Shown piece after piece: positions 1 through 10,183 of a stretch of DNA of 64,000 nucleotides. The notes beneath the pieces are model-generated. The model saw only the letters and a list, made by a program, of their open reading frames with translations. It did no database searches and was not told the DNA's origin. The position numbers were made by a program, and so were the translations under genes. Origin of the DNA: Parcubacteria group bacterium GW2011_GWC1_36_108 (GTDB taxonomy: Bacteria; Patescibacteriota; Minisyncoccia; Moranbacterales; GWC2-37-73); assembly GCA_000991245.1 (NCBI GenBank), contig LBRD01000004.1, positions 26,235 to 90,234 of the forward strand. The letters run 5' to 3'. Position 1 is the first letter of the stretch, and each line of letters begins with the position of its first letter.

Positions 1-1
1 A

Positions 2-148
2 ATTTCTGGAGCAACCCGCCTACTAAATCGTAAATGGAACACCATACCTTCTTCTGATATCAAAGAAGGTGATAAAATCAGAATATTTGGAACTATCTCA
101 GGAACCAATATCGTAGCGCAAACCATACGTGATATTTCCTTGCAATAA
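2..148 (+). CDS. 3' end of a gene truncated by the window edge (DUF5666-like C-terminus)
   Basis: Frame 2 reads ISGATRLLNRKWNTIPSSDIKEGDKIRIFGTISGTNIVAQTIRDISLQ*, followed by a terminator hairpin. Confidence 0.6.
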   Translation: MSGATRLLNRKWNTIPSSDIKEGDKIRIFGTISGTNIVAQTIRDISLQ

Positions 149-180
149 TATTGCAAAATATTTACATTAGCTCTTTAACA

Positions 181-210
181 AAAAAATCCCGACCAAAATC
201 GGGATTTTTT
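181..210. terminator. Bidirectional intrinsic terminator
   Basis: AAAAAATCCCGA-ccaaaa-TCGGGATTTTTT between convergent genes. Confidence 0.8.
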
Positions 211-268
211 GTTGTGCATTTTTGTAATTTTCTAAAAAGCTAAGAAGCTAATACCTGAAAAGCTGTTT

Positions 269-2056
269 TTACTTCTTGTTTCTTGTCGCTTTGATACGAT
301 CGTTTTCAGTCAAGAATTGTTTTCGAAGACGAACTGAGTGTGGAGTAACTTCAAGATATTCGTCGCCGTTGATAATTTCCAAACCTCTTTCAATTGAAAG
401 GGTTAATGGTGGAGTTAGATTAATGGCATCATCAGTTCCAGAAGAACGCATATTGGTAAGTTGTTTTCCTTTGATAGGATTTACTGCCATATCAAGACCT
501 TTAGAAGAGTTTCCAATAACCATTCCTTCATAAACTTCGGTAGCTGGTGCGATGTATAACGATCCACGTTCTTGCAAGTTTGCCAATGAAAAGCCAAGTG
601 CTTTTCCAGCAATCATTGAAACCATTGAGCCAACTTCGCGACGTTTGATTTCTCCAGCGTAAGGCTTGAAACCAATTACACGTGAAGAAAAAATTCCTTC
701 ACCTTTGGTATCAACAACGAACTGTCCACGGAAACCCAAGATTCCTCGTGTTGGAACTTCAAACAAGAGTCTGGTTTGACTGCCGTGAACATGCATATCA
801 GTCATAATTCCCTTTCGCTTTCCCATTGATTCAATAACCCCTCCAGCCAATTCGCTTGGCACATCGATTGTTGCTTCTTCAAATGGTTCTGATTTCACAC
901 CATCAACATCTTTAATAATAACGTGTGGTTGTGAAACTTGCATTTCATATCCTTCGCGTCGCATGTTTTCCAAAAGTACGGCGATATGAAGTTCTCCTCG
1001 TCCAAATACTGTGTAATATTCTGAAGTTGAAAAATCAATTTTAAGACCAACATTAACTTCCAATTCTTTTTCCAATCGTTCGCGAATTTGTTTACTAGTC
1101 ACATATTTTCCTTCGCGTCCTGCAAACGGAGAATCGTTAACCATAAAACGAAGCGAGATTGTTGGTTCATCAATTGTAATAGCCGGCAAAGCTTCTTGGC
1201 TTTCTGTTTCGCAAATTGTTTCGCCAATATCAATCTTTGGAAAACCAGCTACCATCACGATGTCTCCAGCATAAGCCTCTTGAACTTCTTCGCGCACTGT
1301 TCCTTTAAAGGTATACAGCTTAGTAATACGAGACTTTTCAATAACCTCGTCGCCTCTTTTCAAAAGATAGCTGCCTCCCATTTTAATTGTTCCTTCATGA
1401 ATTCTTCCTACAGCCAAACGCCCAAGGAAGTTGTCATATCCAAGGTTGAATGGTTGCATACGAAGCTGAGCAGCCTTGTCAGCCTTTGCAGGATGAACCT
1501 TAAGCAACACCATATCTAACAATGGTTCAAGATTATCTGATTCATCAGTAAGATGTTCTTTAGCAATTCCAGCGCGACCGTTAGCATAAATAGTTGTGAA
1601 ATCAAGTTGCTCGTCAGTTGCTCCAAGATCCATAAACAATTCATAAACTTGTTCTTGTACCAAATCAGGATCAGCAGCAGGCTTATCAATCTTATTGATT
1701 ACCACGATCGGCTTAAGCCCTAATTCCAAAGATTTTTTCAAAACAAATCTTGTTTGAGGCATAGGTCCTTCCTGCGCATCCACAATCAAAAGCACACTGT
1801 CAATCGAACGCAGCACGCGTTCAACTTCTGATCCAAAATCAGCATGGCCAGGGGTATCAACGATATTAATTTTCGTATCGCGATAATTGATTGAGGTATT
1901 TTTAGCATAAATCGTAATACCACGCTCCAATTCAAGCGCGTTATTATCCATACTTACACCTTCTTCAACCATTCCAGTCTGGCGCATAATGGCGTCAGTC
2001 AAGGTTGTTTTGCCATGATCCACATGAGCGATAATTGCAATGTTTCGAATTTCCAT
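269..2056 (-). CDS. typA: Translational GTPase TypA/BipA
   Basis: [38 protein letters not shown]-terminal [12 protein letters not shown]. Confidence 0.97.
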   Translation of the reverse strand: MEIRNIAIIAHVDHGKTTLTDAIMRQTGMVEEGVSMDNNALELERGITIYAKNTSINYRDTKINIVDTPGHADFGSEVERVLRSIDSVLLIVDAQEGPMPQTRFVLKKSLELGLKPIVVINKIDKPAADPDLVQEQVYELFMDLGATDEQLDFTTIYANGRAGIAKEHLTDESDNLEPLLDMVLLKVHPAKADKAAQLRMQPFNLGYDNFLGRLAVGRIHEGTIKMGGSYLLKRGDEVIEKSRITKLYTFKGTVREEVQEAYAGDIVMVAGFPKIDIGETICETESQEALPAITIDEPTISLRFMVNDSPFAGREGKYVTSKQIRERLEKELEVNVGLKIDFSTSEYYTVFGRGELHIAVLLENMRREGYEMQVSQPHVIIKDVDGVKSEPFEEATIDVPSELAGGVIESMGKRKGIMTDMHVHGSQTRLLFEVPTRGILGFRGQFVVDTKGEGIFSSRVIGFKPYAGEIKRREVGSMVSMIAGKALGFSLANLQERGSLYIAPATEVYEGMVIGNSSKGLDMAVNPIKGKQLTNMRSSGTDDAINLTPPLTLSIERGLEIINGDEYLEVTPHSVRLRKQFLTENDRIKATRNKK

Positions 2057-2317
2057 AATGTTTAGTTCGTAAAGTTCTTAAGGTTTTTAAAGTTCGTAAA
2101 GTAAAATACTTTATAAACCAACAAACCCTATAAATTTACAATATTTACAATATAATTAAAAAAACTGCCGCCAGGCAGTAAGACTTCCAAAGCCATACAA
2201 ATATAGCAGGAAAGAGATAAAATGTCAACTTTCCCAAATGTTTTGCAGACCTAATGAAAATGATACCAAAAATAGACAAAACCACATCCCCAATTGGAAA
2301 TGTGGTTTTTTATTTTT

Positions 2318-3160
2318 CTATACTTTCGCTCTTATGCTTTGTATGATTTGCTCACTGAAAATAGCCCTGCTGCAATAATACAAATTGGTTGCCATTTTCT
2401 GCAATTGAGCATTCTTAGATTCAATCACCATAATAAATCCTTTGCTAGGACAATCTTTCTCCAAAAAGACAAGTTCTCCGAAAGCCCCTTCTAGATCACC
2501 AAAAAGCCATTGGCCTGTTTTGTAATCAGAAATGAAATCATCGCAAGGAAATTCATCGATAGGACGAACCAACAATGTACCCTCTTTGTTGAGATACACG
2601 ACCATAAATTCCATCCGATCAACTTTCGAGAAATTTTCCAGAAAAGCTTGTGCCATATTTTCCATTACTTGTTCAGGGATTCCCTCAACAATGTCTTCAG
2701 CCAAATGCGCATCCCCTCCTAAAACGTTTTCGGAAATTATTTCTTGTGCAACCACTTCTTCGGCAATCCCACTTTTTTCTGTTTCCGCAGGATTTTGAAT
2801 TACGACGCTACCAACTGAATTTTTTTCATCCGGCAGAAATTCAACAGGCTCGAGCCAAAGACTATGAATTGGACGGATGTTCCCTTCCAAATCTTCGATT
2901 ACAACGCTCAAATGAGGCCAGGTCAAACAATCTTCAGTATGTGGAACCTTACCGCACAAACACAATGTCACACTGTTACCCTTTTTAACGTCCAAGACTT
3001 CAAATATTTCATCGTCCAACAATATTATGAAATCTCTGAAACTTGGCGGTATCGTTTTAAGATTCAGCTCCTTTTTTAATTTGACTGTTTTCCAAGTCCG
3101 CACAAAAACCTCAAATGCCACCGGATCAAAGGGTCCTCTATGTTCATGCCTATCTTTCAT
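2318..3160 (-). CDS. Hypothetical protein
   Basis: 280-aa ORF with SD (AAGGAGG) just upstream; no motif recognised. Confidence 0.7.
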   Translation of the reverse strand: MKDRHEHRGPFDPVAFEVFVRTWKTVKLKKELNLKTIPPSFRDFIILLDDEIFEVLDVKKGNSVTLCLCGKVPHTEDCLTWPHLSVVIEDLEGNIRPIHSLWLEPVEFLPDEKNSVGSVVIQNPAETEKSGIAEEVVAQEIISENVLGGDAHLAEDIVEGIPEQVMENMAQAFLENFSKVDRMEFMVVYLNKEGTLLVRPIDEFPCDDFISDYKTGQWLFGDLEGAFGELVFLEKDCPSKGFIMVIESKNAQLQKMATNLYYCSRAIFSEQIIQSIRAKV

Positions 3161-3303
3161 AGCATCCTCCTTTCACAAAAAAATTAGCACAATGTGAAAT
3201 CTTTTCAAAACTTTATTTGTTAAGCAACTAAGTATATTATTTAATCATATTGGGAATATAAAAGCAAGCAAAAACCGCTTATATTAAAGCGGTTTTTTTA
3301 TTT

Positions 3304-3876
3304 TTATGCAAAGATTTTTTCAAGCAAGTCCTCTTTTCCTTTTTTTGTTTTAGAAGAAAAATAAATAATATTTTCAGTGTCCAACAATTCCATAATTACC
3401 CGCTGTTTTTTCACCAACTCACTGGCTTTCACTTTATCCATCTTGTTGGCCAATACAATCACTTCGTATCCATTTTCGCTAAGTAATTCCATCATTTCGA
3501 TATCAAATTTTTTCGGACCGACATTTCCATCAATAATAAGGACGATTTTGCTTGGTTTGTATTCATTGTGTTCCAAATACCACATAATCATCTTGCGCAT
3601 TTTCTCAGCTTGAGCAAGTGAAGTTCTAGCGTAGCCATATCCTGGGAGATCCACGAAATATGCTTTCTCATTAATCAAAAAGAAGTTTAGCTGCAAAGTT
3701 CGCCCTGGAGTCGAAGAAGAAATCGCCAAGCCTTTTGTGCCTGTCAAAGCATTAATCACACTGGATTTTCCCACGTTTGAGCGCCCCACAAAAGCAATTT
3801 GTGGAAGTTTCTCTTTCAGGATTGGGTCTGACCCCACCACTCCTTTTATGAATTCAGCTGTTTTTATAGTAATCAT
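3304..3876 (-). CDS. engB: Ribosome biogenesis GTPase EngB/YihA/YsxC
   Basis: GRSNVGKSS, PGRT, DLPGYGYA, NKMD. Confidence 0.95.
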   Translation of the reverse strand: MITIKTAEFIKGVVGSDPILKEKLPQIAFVGRSNVGKSSVINALTGTKGLAISSSTPGRTLQLNFFLINEKAYFVDLPGYGYARTSLAQAEKMRKMIMWYLEHNEYKPSKIVLIIDGNVGPKKFDIEMMELLSENGYEVIVLANKMDKVKASELVKKQRVIMELLDTENIIYFSSKTKKGKEDLLEKIFA

Positions 3877-3954
3877 ATGTTTAACAGCCTAGCGCACTTA
3901 TCACAATAAATCAACAATAAAAAAACAGGTTGTCGAACAATCTCGACAACCCGT

Positions 3955-5058
3955 CTACTTATGATAATATGCATACCAACCTTCACGGATATTTGAAAGA
4001 CTTTCAATTCTAACCGCAAACTGTTTTGGCAATGCTTTACAAAGAGGCATAATTTTACCTCTGTGCATTACAAGCCAATGCATACCCGTTTCAAATGGCT
4101 TAATGTGCTCAATATGAAAAACCGAATTATTGCCCGCACGAAAAGCATCCGCATCTTCCTTATTGTCAAAGCATTGCCAATCAATGCTTTCGGGTTGTGT
4201 GCACCAAGATTGATCTTTTCCTTTTCTGACAATTGATTCTAACCACTGATCATCCTTATACCTAAGATCATCAACCGAAATCTCTCCGGAATCAAATAGC
4301 TTCTTGATCTGCGAAAAGAAAATGTGTTCCAACTTCCTGCAATTAGGATTAAGATAAAATTCTGTGTGCATCAATGCGCGCAAAAGCAAGAAATGATACA
4401 AGCGATATGCATTTGAAAAATACACACACTCCTTTGTCACACAAATATCCCGCCATACATCCATAATGAGTGGATGTTTTTTCAACAACTGCAAGATTTT
4501 TGCGGGCTTATTTTTGCCGAGATGATAAAGATCCAGCGCAACATATGACATTCTGTCCAACACATTAAGCAAAAAACCAGCAAACTCAAAACCCTCAACC
4601 CATCTTTCAGCTTCTTGATCATCAAAATCGTACAGCATTCTCCATTTCATACTAATACCAGCTTCGATCATATGTCTTCTATAGTTTTTGACCTCACAAA
4701 AAAACTGTTTGTTCAGGCGCATCGTCGCATCTCCGCCGGCAGGAGTTGCAATGTCGTGAGTAAGCAATGTTAGCAAAAATTTTTGAACAAACTGCTCCGA
4801 GAATCCAGACTCGCTCAAAATTATCTTCGCTACAGCCAGAAAAAAAATCGAATGATCAAATCTGCTCTGCGGAAACGGAAACCACAGATAACCGCTTTCC
4901 CCTCTTTCATTTGGATGAGTGAGACGTTGCAACTGATTAACCTTCTTTAGCCTTACAATCATAAACTCTCTGATCTCGCGACACACCACCCCAAAATTTG
5001 CCTCATTAAATTCATATTTACTGGAGCTAAAAGGTATCTCCACAATTTTACCCATCAT
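3955..5058 (-). CDS. HD-domain phosphohydrolase (SAMHD1/YdhJ-like, divergent)
   Basis: RLKKVNQL, SRFDHS, THDIATP, DRMSYV motifs. Confidence 0.75.
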   Translation of the reverse strand: MMGKIVEIPFSSSKYEFNEANFGVVCREIREFMIVRLKKVNQLQRLTHPNERGESGYLWFPFPQSRFDHSIFFLAVAKIILSESGFSEQFVQKFLLTLLTHDIATPAGGDATMRLNKQFFCEVKNYRRHMIEAGISMKWRMLYDFDDQEAERWVEGFEFAGFLLNVLDRMSYVALDLYHLGKNKPAKILQLLKKHPLIMDVWRDICVTKECVYFSNAYRLYHFLLLRALMHTEFYLNPNCRKLEHIFFSQIKKLFDSGEISVDDLRYKDDQWLESIVRKGKDQSWCTQPESIDWQCFDNKEDADAFRAGNNSVFHIEHIKPFETGMHWLVMHRGKIMPLCKALPKQFAVRIESLSNIREGWYAYYHK

Positions 5059-5181
5059 CGCGCATCACCACCCTTTCATAAATTTTTAAATTACTACTTC
5101 AAAAAAGAATAACCCACTATTAAAAAAATATCAAGCAAGACCAATGCGCAACATTGGTCTTTCAAATTATCAAAAAAATTT

Positions 5182-5832
5182 TTATGACTGAATTCGTTTT
5201 AAAATATCTTTGGCGCTGCTATTTTCTTCACCAATATTTTGTGATGGATGTCGTCTATTGTGATCAATCACTTCCTTGTTTGGATCACGCAACAATTCGC
5301 CAGCAGCGCGAATATTTTTGGTACTCATACCAAAATTCAACATATGAGATTTTCCGTAATTGAGTGCTTCATTTTTTGTTTCCTGCGAAATGTTTTTCCG
5401 TTTACTCATAATTTCATCATAAATCTTTCGCATATTCACTTCGCTCTTGCGCGAACTGTGATTATTGCTTTTATCGTCAATATGAGCGGATTTATTTTCA
5501 CGAATAATACTTGAAGATACTGATCCACCAACAAGATGCTTTCGCAAATCCATCATTTCATTGTGAGAAAATTCTCCCGAATGTTCAATGTCGCCCAGAA
5601 CTTTTTTAAAAACATTTTTAGTTATTCCATTACTGCCTGCAGACATTCCTCTTTTTTTGAGCGCATCATAAAAAACTTTTTTCTCGCCAGCCTTATTAAT
5701 CACATTAGAAACATTTTTATCTGCCAAAATTTCCTTAAACGCTGAACTATTTCGGCCAGCTGTCGCGCTTACTGTTTTTTTGGCAAAAATCATCTGATTT
5801 AGGCCTTTTTTTGTAAAATCTATTGCTGCCAT
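5182..5832 (-). CDS. Hypothetical basic protein
   Basis: 216-aa ORF with its own sigma70-like promoter (TGGACA-17-TATAAT) upstream. Confidence 0.7.
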   Translation of the reverse strand: MAAIDFTKKGLNQMIFAKKTVSATAGRNSSAFKEILADKNVSNVINKAGEKKVFYDALKKRGMSAGSNGITKNVFKKVLGDIEHSGEFSHNEMMDLRKHLVGGSVSSSIIRENKSAHIDDKSNNHSSRKSEVNMRKIYDEIMSKRKNISQETKNEALNYGKSHMLNFGMSTKNIRAAGELLRDPNKEVIDHNRRHPSQNIGEENSSAKDILKRIQS

Positions 5833-5967
5833 ATTTTTAAAAAATTTTTATTTTAAAACAAAAAGACGGGCTTTCACCCGTCTTTTATCACATATATCTA
5901 TTATAGCACACTTTTAAGCATTTGTCCATTTTCTGTACTTTTTTTCCTCTCATGATACAATTTTATT

Positions 5968-7005
5968 ATGATAAAAAATAAGTTTAAAAAAAGAATTCTG
6001 CAAGAAATAAGCTACGCTACCGGTAAGTATTTCGTGATTCCTGAAATCGTAAATTTAACCATCACCTATCAATGCAATTTTCGTTGCAACTCTTGCACTG
6101 TTTGGCGAATGGATAAATATCCCGAACTCGCTGGCGAAAATTGGCGCAAGGTTGTTTTACAACTCAAAAAAACTCTTTCAAAAAATACTTCCATTGAATT
6201 AAGTGGCGGCGAACCATTACTGCGAAAAGATTTGACTTATTCAACCATTAAACAATTGAGAACATTTTTTGCAAATGTTGGAATCAATTCTAATGGTTCA
6301 TTATTAGATGAAGAAACTGTCATAGCATTAAAAAAAAGTGGAATCACTTTTTCAAAAATCTCCCTATATAGCATCACTGACAGCATCCACGATGCACTGC
6401 GCGGAATAACAGGTGCAGCAGAGCATGCCAAAAGTGCCATTGAATTGCTCCGTCAGCACGATATCAAAACAGATATCGGAGTCCTTATCACTTCCAAAAA
6501 TATATCCTCTATTCCAACACTGCTTGAATATTACAACCAGCCACAATATGCAGCTGTAAATATCGTCCTTCAGCCACTAGACGAACCGATAGGCCTGCCA
6601 CCAATATCAGGCAAAAACAAAATTGAAACTATCGAAAATTTATGGCCAGATGAAAAATCCGTAAACGAACTGTTTTCTTTGTTGAATAAAAATCGTCAAC
6701 TAAAAGTAAAGAATTCCGAAGCAAGTCTCCGCGCAATTCAGCAATATTATCTCGATCAAAAAAGCGCACTCAAGCGACGTTGTCTTGCTGGCCAGCGCAG
6801 TCTTGTTGTATATCCGGATGGAAATATATCCTTATGCTTTAAGGGAGCAACAATTGGAAATATTGCCAAAGAGAGTTTAAAAGATATTCTCTCTAGTAAG
6901 GCATCTATTCAGCAGCGCCTCAATATCAAAAAATGCAACAAACATTGTCGCGTTATTGGATGCAATTTTTCCAAAACTATCCCGGAAATTATTGGTCTAC
7001 ACTAA
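5968..7005 (+). CDS. Radical SAM protein with C-terminal SPASM/twitch-like domain
   Basis: CNFRCNSC (CxxxCxxC), SGGEPLL, C-terminal CLAG...PDGNISLC...CNKHC...C. Confidence 0.9.
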   Translation: MIKNKFKKRILQEISYATGKYFVIPEIVNLTITYQCNFRCNSCTVWRMDKYPELAGENWRKVVLQLKKTLSKNTSIELSGGEPLLRKDLTYSTIKQLRTFFANVGINSNGSLLDEETVIALKKSGITFSKISLYSITDSIHDALRGITGAAEHAKSAIELLRQHDIKTDIGVLITSKNISSIPTLLEYYNQPQYAAVNIVLQPLDEPIGLPPISGKNKIETIENLWPDEKSVNELFSLLNKNRQLKVKNSEASLRAIQQYYLDQKSALKRRCLAGQRSLVVYPDGNISLCFKGATIGNIAKESLKDILSSKASIQQRLNIKKCNKHCRVIGCNFSKTIPEIIGLH

Positions 7006-7019
7006 TTGAGATTTAAATT

Positions 7020-7065
7020 TGAGTCACAAAAAAAGAGGCATTGCTGCCTCTTTTTTTGTGACTCA
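7020..7065. terminator. Long bidirectional terminator hairpin
   Basis: GAGTCACAAAAAAAGAGGCA / TGCCTCTTTTTTTGTGACTC inverted repeat between convergent genes. Confidence 0.85.
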
Positions 7066-7076
7066 ACAACTATTAA

Positions 7077-7394
7077 CTAGTAGTTGTTTCGGCTTCCGTA
7101 ACCACCGTTACCACCACCATTGAAATCACGTCGTGGAGGACGAGCTTCCATTGGGCGAGCTTCATTTACAGTCAAAGTACGACCTTCGTACTCTTTTTTG
7201 TCAAACATTTCAATTGCTGCTTGTGCTTCTTGATCAGAAGACATTTCAACAAATCCGAAACCTTTTGAACGACCAGTCATTTTATCCATGATGATTGTTG
7301 CTGAGGTAACAGATCCTGCTTGAGCAAAAAGATCTCGCAAAGCATCTTCCGAAGTTGAATATGGAAGACCACCTACATAAAGTTTTGTTGCCAT
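7077..7394 (-). CDS. RRM (RNP-1) RNA-binding protein with Gly-rich tail
   Basis: KLYVGGL (RNP2), KGFGFVEM (RNP1), TVNEARP. Confidence 0.95.
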   Translation of the reverse strand: MATKLYVGGLPYSTSEDALRDLFAQAGSVTSATIIMDKMTGRSKGFGFVEMSSDQEAQAAIEMFDKKEYEGRTLTVNEARPMEARPPRRDFNGGGNGGYGSRNNY

Positions 7395-7537
7395 AGTTTT
7401 TGCATTTGTGAACTTATTACGCTTGTAAGGCGACCTCCTCTCTTAATTTTAACCACAAAGGCAAAACCAGTAAGACACTTACAATTAACCCCAGTATACA
7501 GGAACTTCGTCTTTCTGTCAACGAACAGAAAGCCTCA

Positions 7538-7652
7538 AATTTCCAATTTCCAATTTCCAATTTCTAATAAATTTTCAATGTTTTAATGACTTAATGTTTG
7601 AAAATTAATTAATTGTGAATTGATTGTAAATTGTGAATTGTAAATTGAAAAT
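7538..7652. repeat. Heptamer microsatellite tract in inverted arrangement
   Basis: (AATTTCC)n followed by an (AATTGTG/AATTGAA)n-like tract. Confidence 0.75.
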
Positions 7653-8344
7653 TATTGCAAATATTTAGACGGGTCTATCCAATCATCCAATTGATTTTTA
7701 TTTTGCACATATCCTAAAATATTTATATTTGCTCCTTTGTGAATTCCTAGGTGTAGATGTTTGCGCTCCCCATCAGTCTCATTACTGAATCCTGTCCCCA
7801 AATTCGCCAAAAAATCTCCGGCTTTCATTTGATCCCCTATTTTAAACGTAATACTGGATAATTTAATATGACCATACACAACCGTGACAGCCTGACCATC
7901 AAGCTCGCAACTGGCAGCGGCAACTCCACCATATCCACTAGCAGTTCTTGCGGATAATAATTTTCCGTCGCACAAAGCTTTCACAGCCACATCAATATTT
8001 TGCTCCTCGATAGTTGCTTCCAAATCAACCGCGCTATGATATCCCGTAAAACGCTCCGGATTTACCGGTGAATTCTTTGGGTTCACATAAATTCCAAATG
8101 GTTTTTTTGTTATCCGCGAAAGCGCATTATCAAGCGGATCAATAGTTTCTTGTTTTTGATTATTATTTGCCGTATTTTTTTTGTTGTCAGTTGTCGGTTG
8201 TAAGTTGTTTGTTGCTTGTTGCGAGTTGTCAGTTGTTGATTGTGAGTTATTTATTGGTGCATTCGCTTTTTTCACATACAAAAAACCAGCAACAACAAAT
8301 ATTGCAATAGTTATAAACAAAAAAATATATGATTTATTTTTCAT
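7652..8344 (-). CDS. M23 family metallopeptidase, N-terminally anchored
   Basis: HSAVD, VYGHI, HLHLGI motifs; N-terminal TM segment. Confidence 0.88.
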   Translation of the reverse strand: MKNKSYIFLFITIAIFVVAGFLYVKKANAPINNSQSTTDNSQQATNNLQPTTDNKKNTANNNQKQETIDPLDNALSRITKKPFGIYVNPKNSPVNPERFTGYHSAVDLEATIEEQNIDVAVKALCDGKLLSARTASGYGGVAAASCELDGQAVTVVYGHIKLSSITFKIGDQMKAGDFLANLGTGFSNETDGERKHLHLGIHKGANINILGYVQNKNQLDDWIDPSKYLQ

Positions 8345-8432
8345 ATATCTTATTACGCTTTTAAAATATTTTTATTCGAAAGCATCAAAGACTTTTTTCC
8401 ACATTTCTTTTTCCGCAAAAACTCTTTCTTGT

Positions 8433-8576
8433 TGTCATTCCCGTGAAAACGGGAATCCAGGACTAAGCCTGACTTGTGCGCGAACCTGGATCCCGGATCA
8501 AGTCCGGGACGACACTGCTGTGTCGATTTCTTAACGCTCATCACTTGTTTTTTGCCTACATACTTCATATGGTGCA
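8433..8576 (-). repeat. Structured repeat family C, copy 1 (REP/dRS3-like doublet plus conserved arm)
   Basis: GTCATTCCCGTGAAAACGGGAATCC and GGATCCCGGATCAAGTCCGGGAC hairpins plus the invariant 25-mer shared with 11237 and 13028. Confidence 0.85.
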
Positions 8577-8600
8577 AATGAGATGCGGGATGCAAAAAAA

Positions 8601-8711
8601 GAGCAAGAGTGAGGATGTTTCTTATTTTTTCACTAGAAACAAGTCACGCTAGCGTTATGTCAAAAGTTGCAATTGTTTCTCCGTGACAAAAATTAAGAAC
8701 CTTTGAGCGAC
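8601..8711. repeat. Structured repeat family A, copy 1
   Basis: Long stem enclosing a 30-nt loop ending GTCAAAAGTTGCAA; homologous to 19421 and 51601. Confidence 0.85.
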
Positions 8712-8738
8712 AAACTAGGCAGTAAAGGAAAAAAGGAA

Positions 8739-10013
8739 TTATTTCAAATTTTTAGCTGCCGATTCGCCGGCCAAATAGCCGGTTGACCAGCACATTTGAA
8801 GATTATATCCACCAGTTGGACCATCAACATCAATGATTTCCCCAGCAAAATAAAGATTTGGCACAATTTTTGAGCCCATGGTGCGAGAATCAATTTCCCT
8901 AGTGGAAACTCCTCCGCTAGTCACCATCGCCATTTCAAAACCAAAAAGACTATCAAAAGTAATCGACAAGTTTTTAACAAGATTCACCAAAATATGTCTT
9001 TCCTTTCTGCTTATTTTAGCTGCATGTTTTTCCATATCTAATCCAGAATATCTCAGCACAAAATCCAAAAGTTTCGGTGAAAAAACATCATGCAAACAAT
9101 TTGATAATTTCTTGTCAGCATTTCTTTCAAAATCAGTTAGGATAATTTCATCCAATTGCTCAAAATTAAGATATGGTTTTAAATCAAGAATAAATTTAAT
9201 ATCATCATCACTTTGGGAAACCAACTTGGCAATATTCCTGCTCATATTAAGTGCCAGCGGTCCAGAAAATCCATAATGAGTAAACATTAAGTCTCCCTCA
9301 TTAGAAAATTTCTTCTTGCCACCTTGATAAACAGTAATGGAAACACTGCCAGCACTAACTCCTTGAAGTTCTCCGACCCAATCTTCTTTAATTTTAATCG
9401 GCACCAAAACTGGCATCGGCTCAATAATTTTATGTCCCATTTTTGCTGCCCATTGGTAGCCATCGCCCATTGAACCAGTGGCGGGATATGATTTTCCGCC
9501 CACCGCAATAATCACATTTTTTGGAAAAAGTTCACGTTTTTTAAGTTTAATTTTTGAGATTTTGTTTTCGCCATCCAAAGAAAAATCAACGATGTGAGAT
9601 TTATATAAAAAAGTAATATTATTTTCCTTCAAAACATTTGTAAGTGCGCCAAGCACATCCTCAGCTCTATCGCTCAGTGGAAAAACTCGGCCATTTTTTT
9701 CAACTTTAGTAGGCACGCCATTTCCAGCAAAAAATTCCTGCACACTGCCAGGGCGAAAAGCATTGAAGGCTGAAAGCAAAAACCTACCGTTTTTGTATAG
9801 ATTTGAAAGCTCAACAACATTGTCTTGATCCTGTGTCAAATTGCAGCGACCATTTCCTGCCATTAAAAGTTTTTTTCCGGGCTCTTCTTTCTTGTCCACC
9901 AAGGCCACCCGCGCGCCTTTTTGCGCAGCGCGAATTGCAGCCATCATCCCAGAGGGACCAGCGCCAACAACCACGACATCAAATTGTTCTTCTATCAGTT
10001 TTTTTGAACTCAT
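8739..10013 (-). CDS. HI0933/YhiN (BaiN-like) flavoprotein
   Basis: GAGPSG, GKKLLMAGNGRCNLT, GRVFP, FTHYGFSGP, GPTGGYNLQ. Confidence 0.93.
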   Translation of the reverse strand: MSSKKLIEEQFDVVVVGAGPSGMMAAIRAAQKGARVALVDKKEEPGKKLLMAGNGRCNLTQDQDNVVELSNLYKNGRFLLSAFNAFRPGSVQEFFAGNGVPTKVEKNGRVFPLSDRAEDVLGALTNVLKENNITFLYKSHIVDFSLDGENKISKIKLKKRELFPKNVIIAVGGKSYPATGSMGDGYQWAAKMGHKIIEPMPVLVPIKIKEDWVGELQGVSAGSVSITVYQGGKKKFSNEGDLMFTHYGFSGPLALNMSRNIAKLVSQSDDDIKFILDLKPYLNFEQLDEIILTDFERNADKKLSNCLHDVFSPKLLDFVLRYSGLDMEKHAAKISRKERHILVNLVKNLSITFDSLFGFEMAMVTSGGVSTREIDSRTMGSKIVPNLYFAGEIIDVDGPTGGYNLQMCWSTGYLAGESAAKNLK

Positions 10014-10183
10014 ATTTATAGATATTTTTCACATTATTGATAAATTACATAATGACATACTTTTATTTACTTGTCCACCCTTGGTCTTTACTTTCCCAGA
10101 CTATTGTGTTATTCTTCGTTTTCATTAAAGCTGGTCCTGCTTTATGAACTTTATGAACTTTAAGGACTTTACAAACTTTTCTT

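Noticed and set aside
8353-8595. 80-aa ORF (also 12976-13230)
   Set aside because: These are translations of the family C repeat
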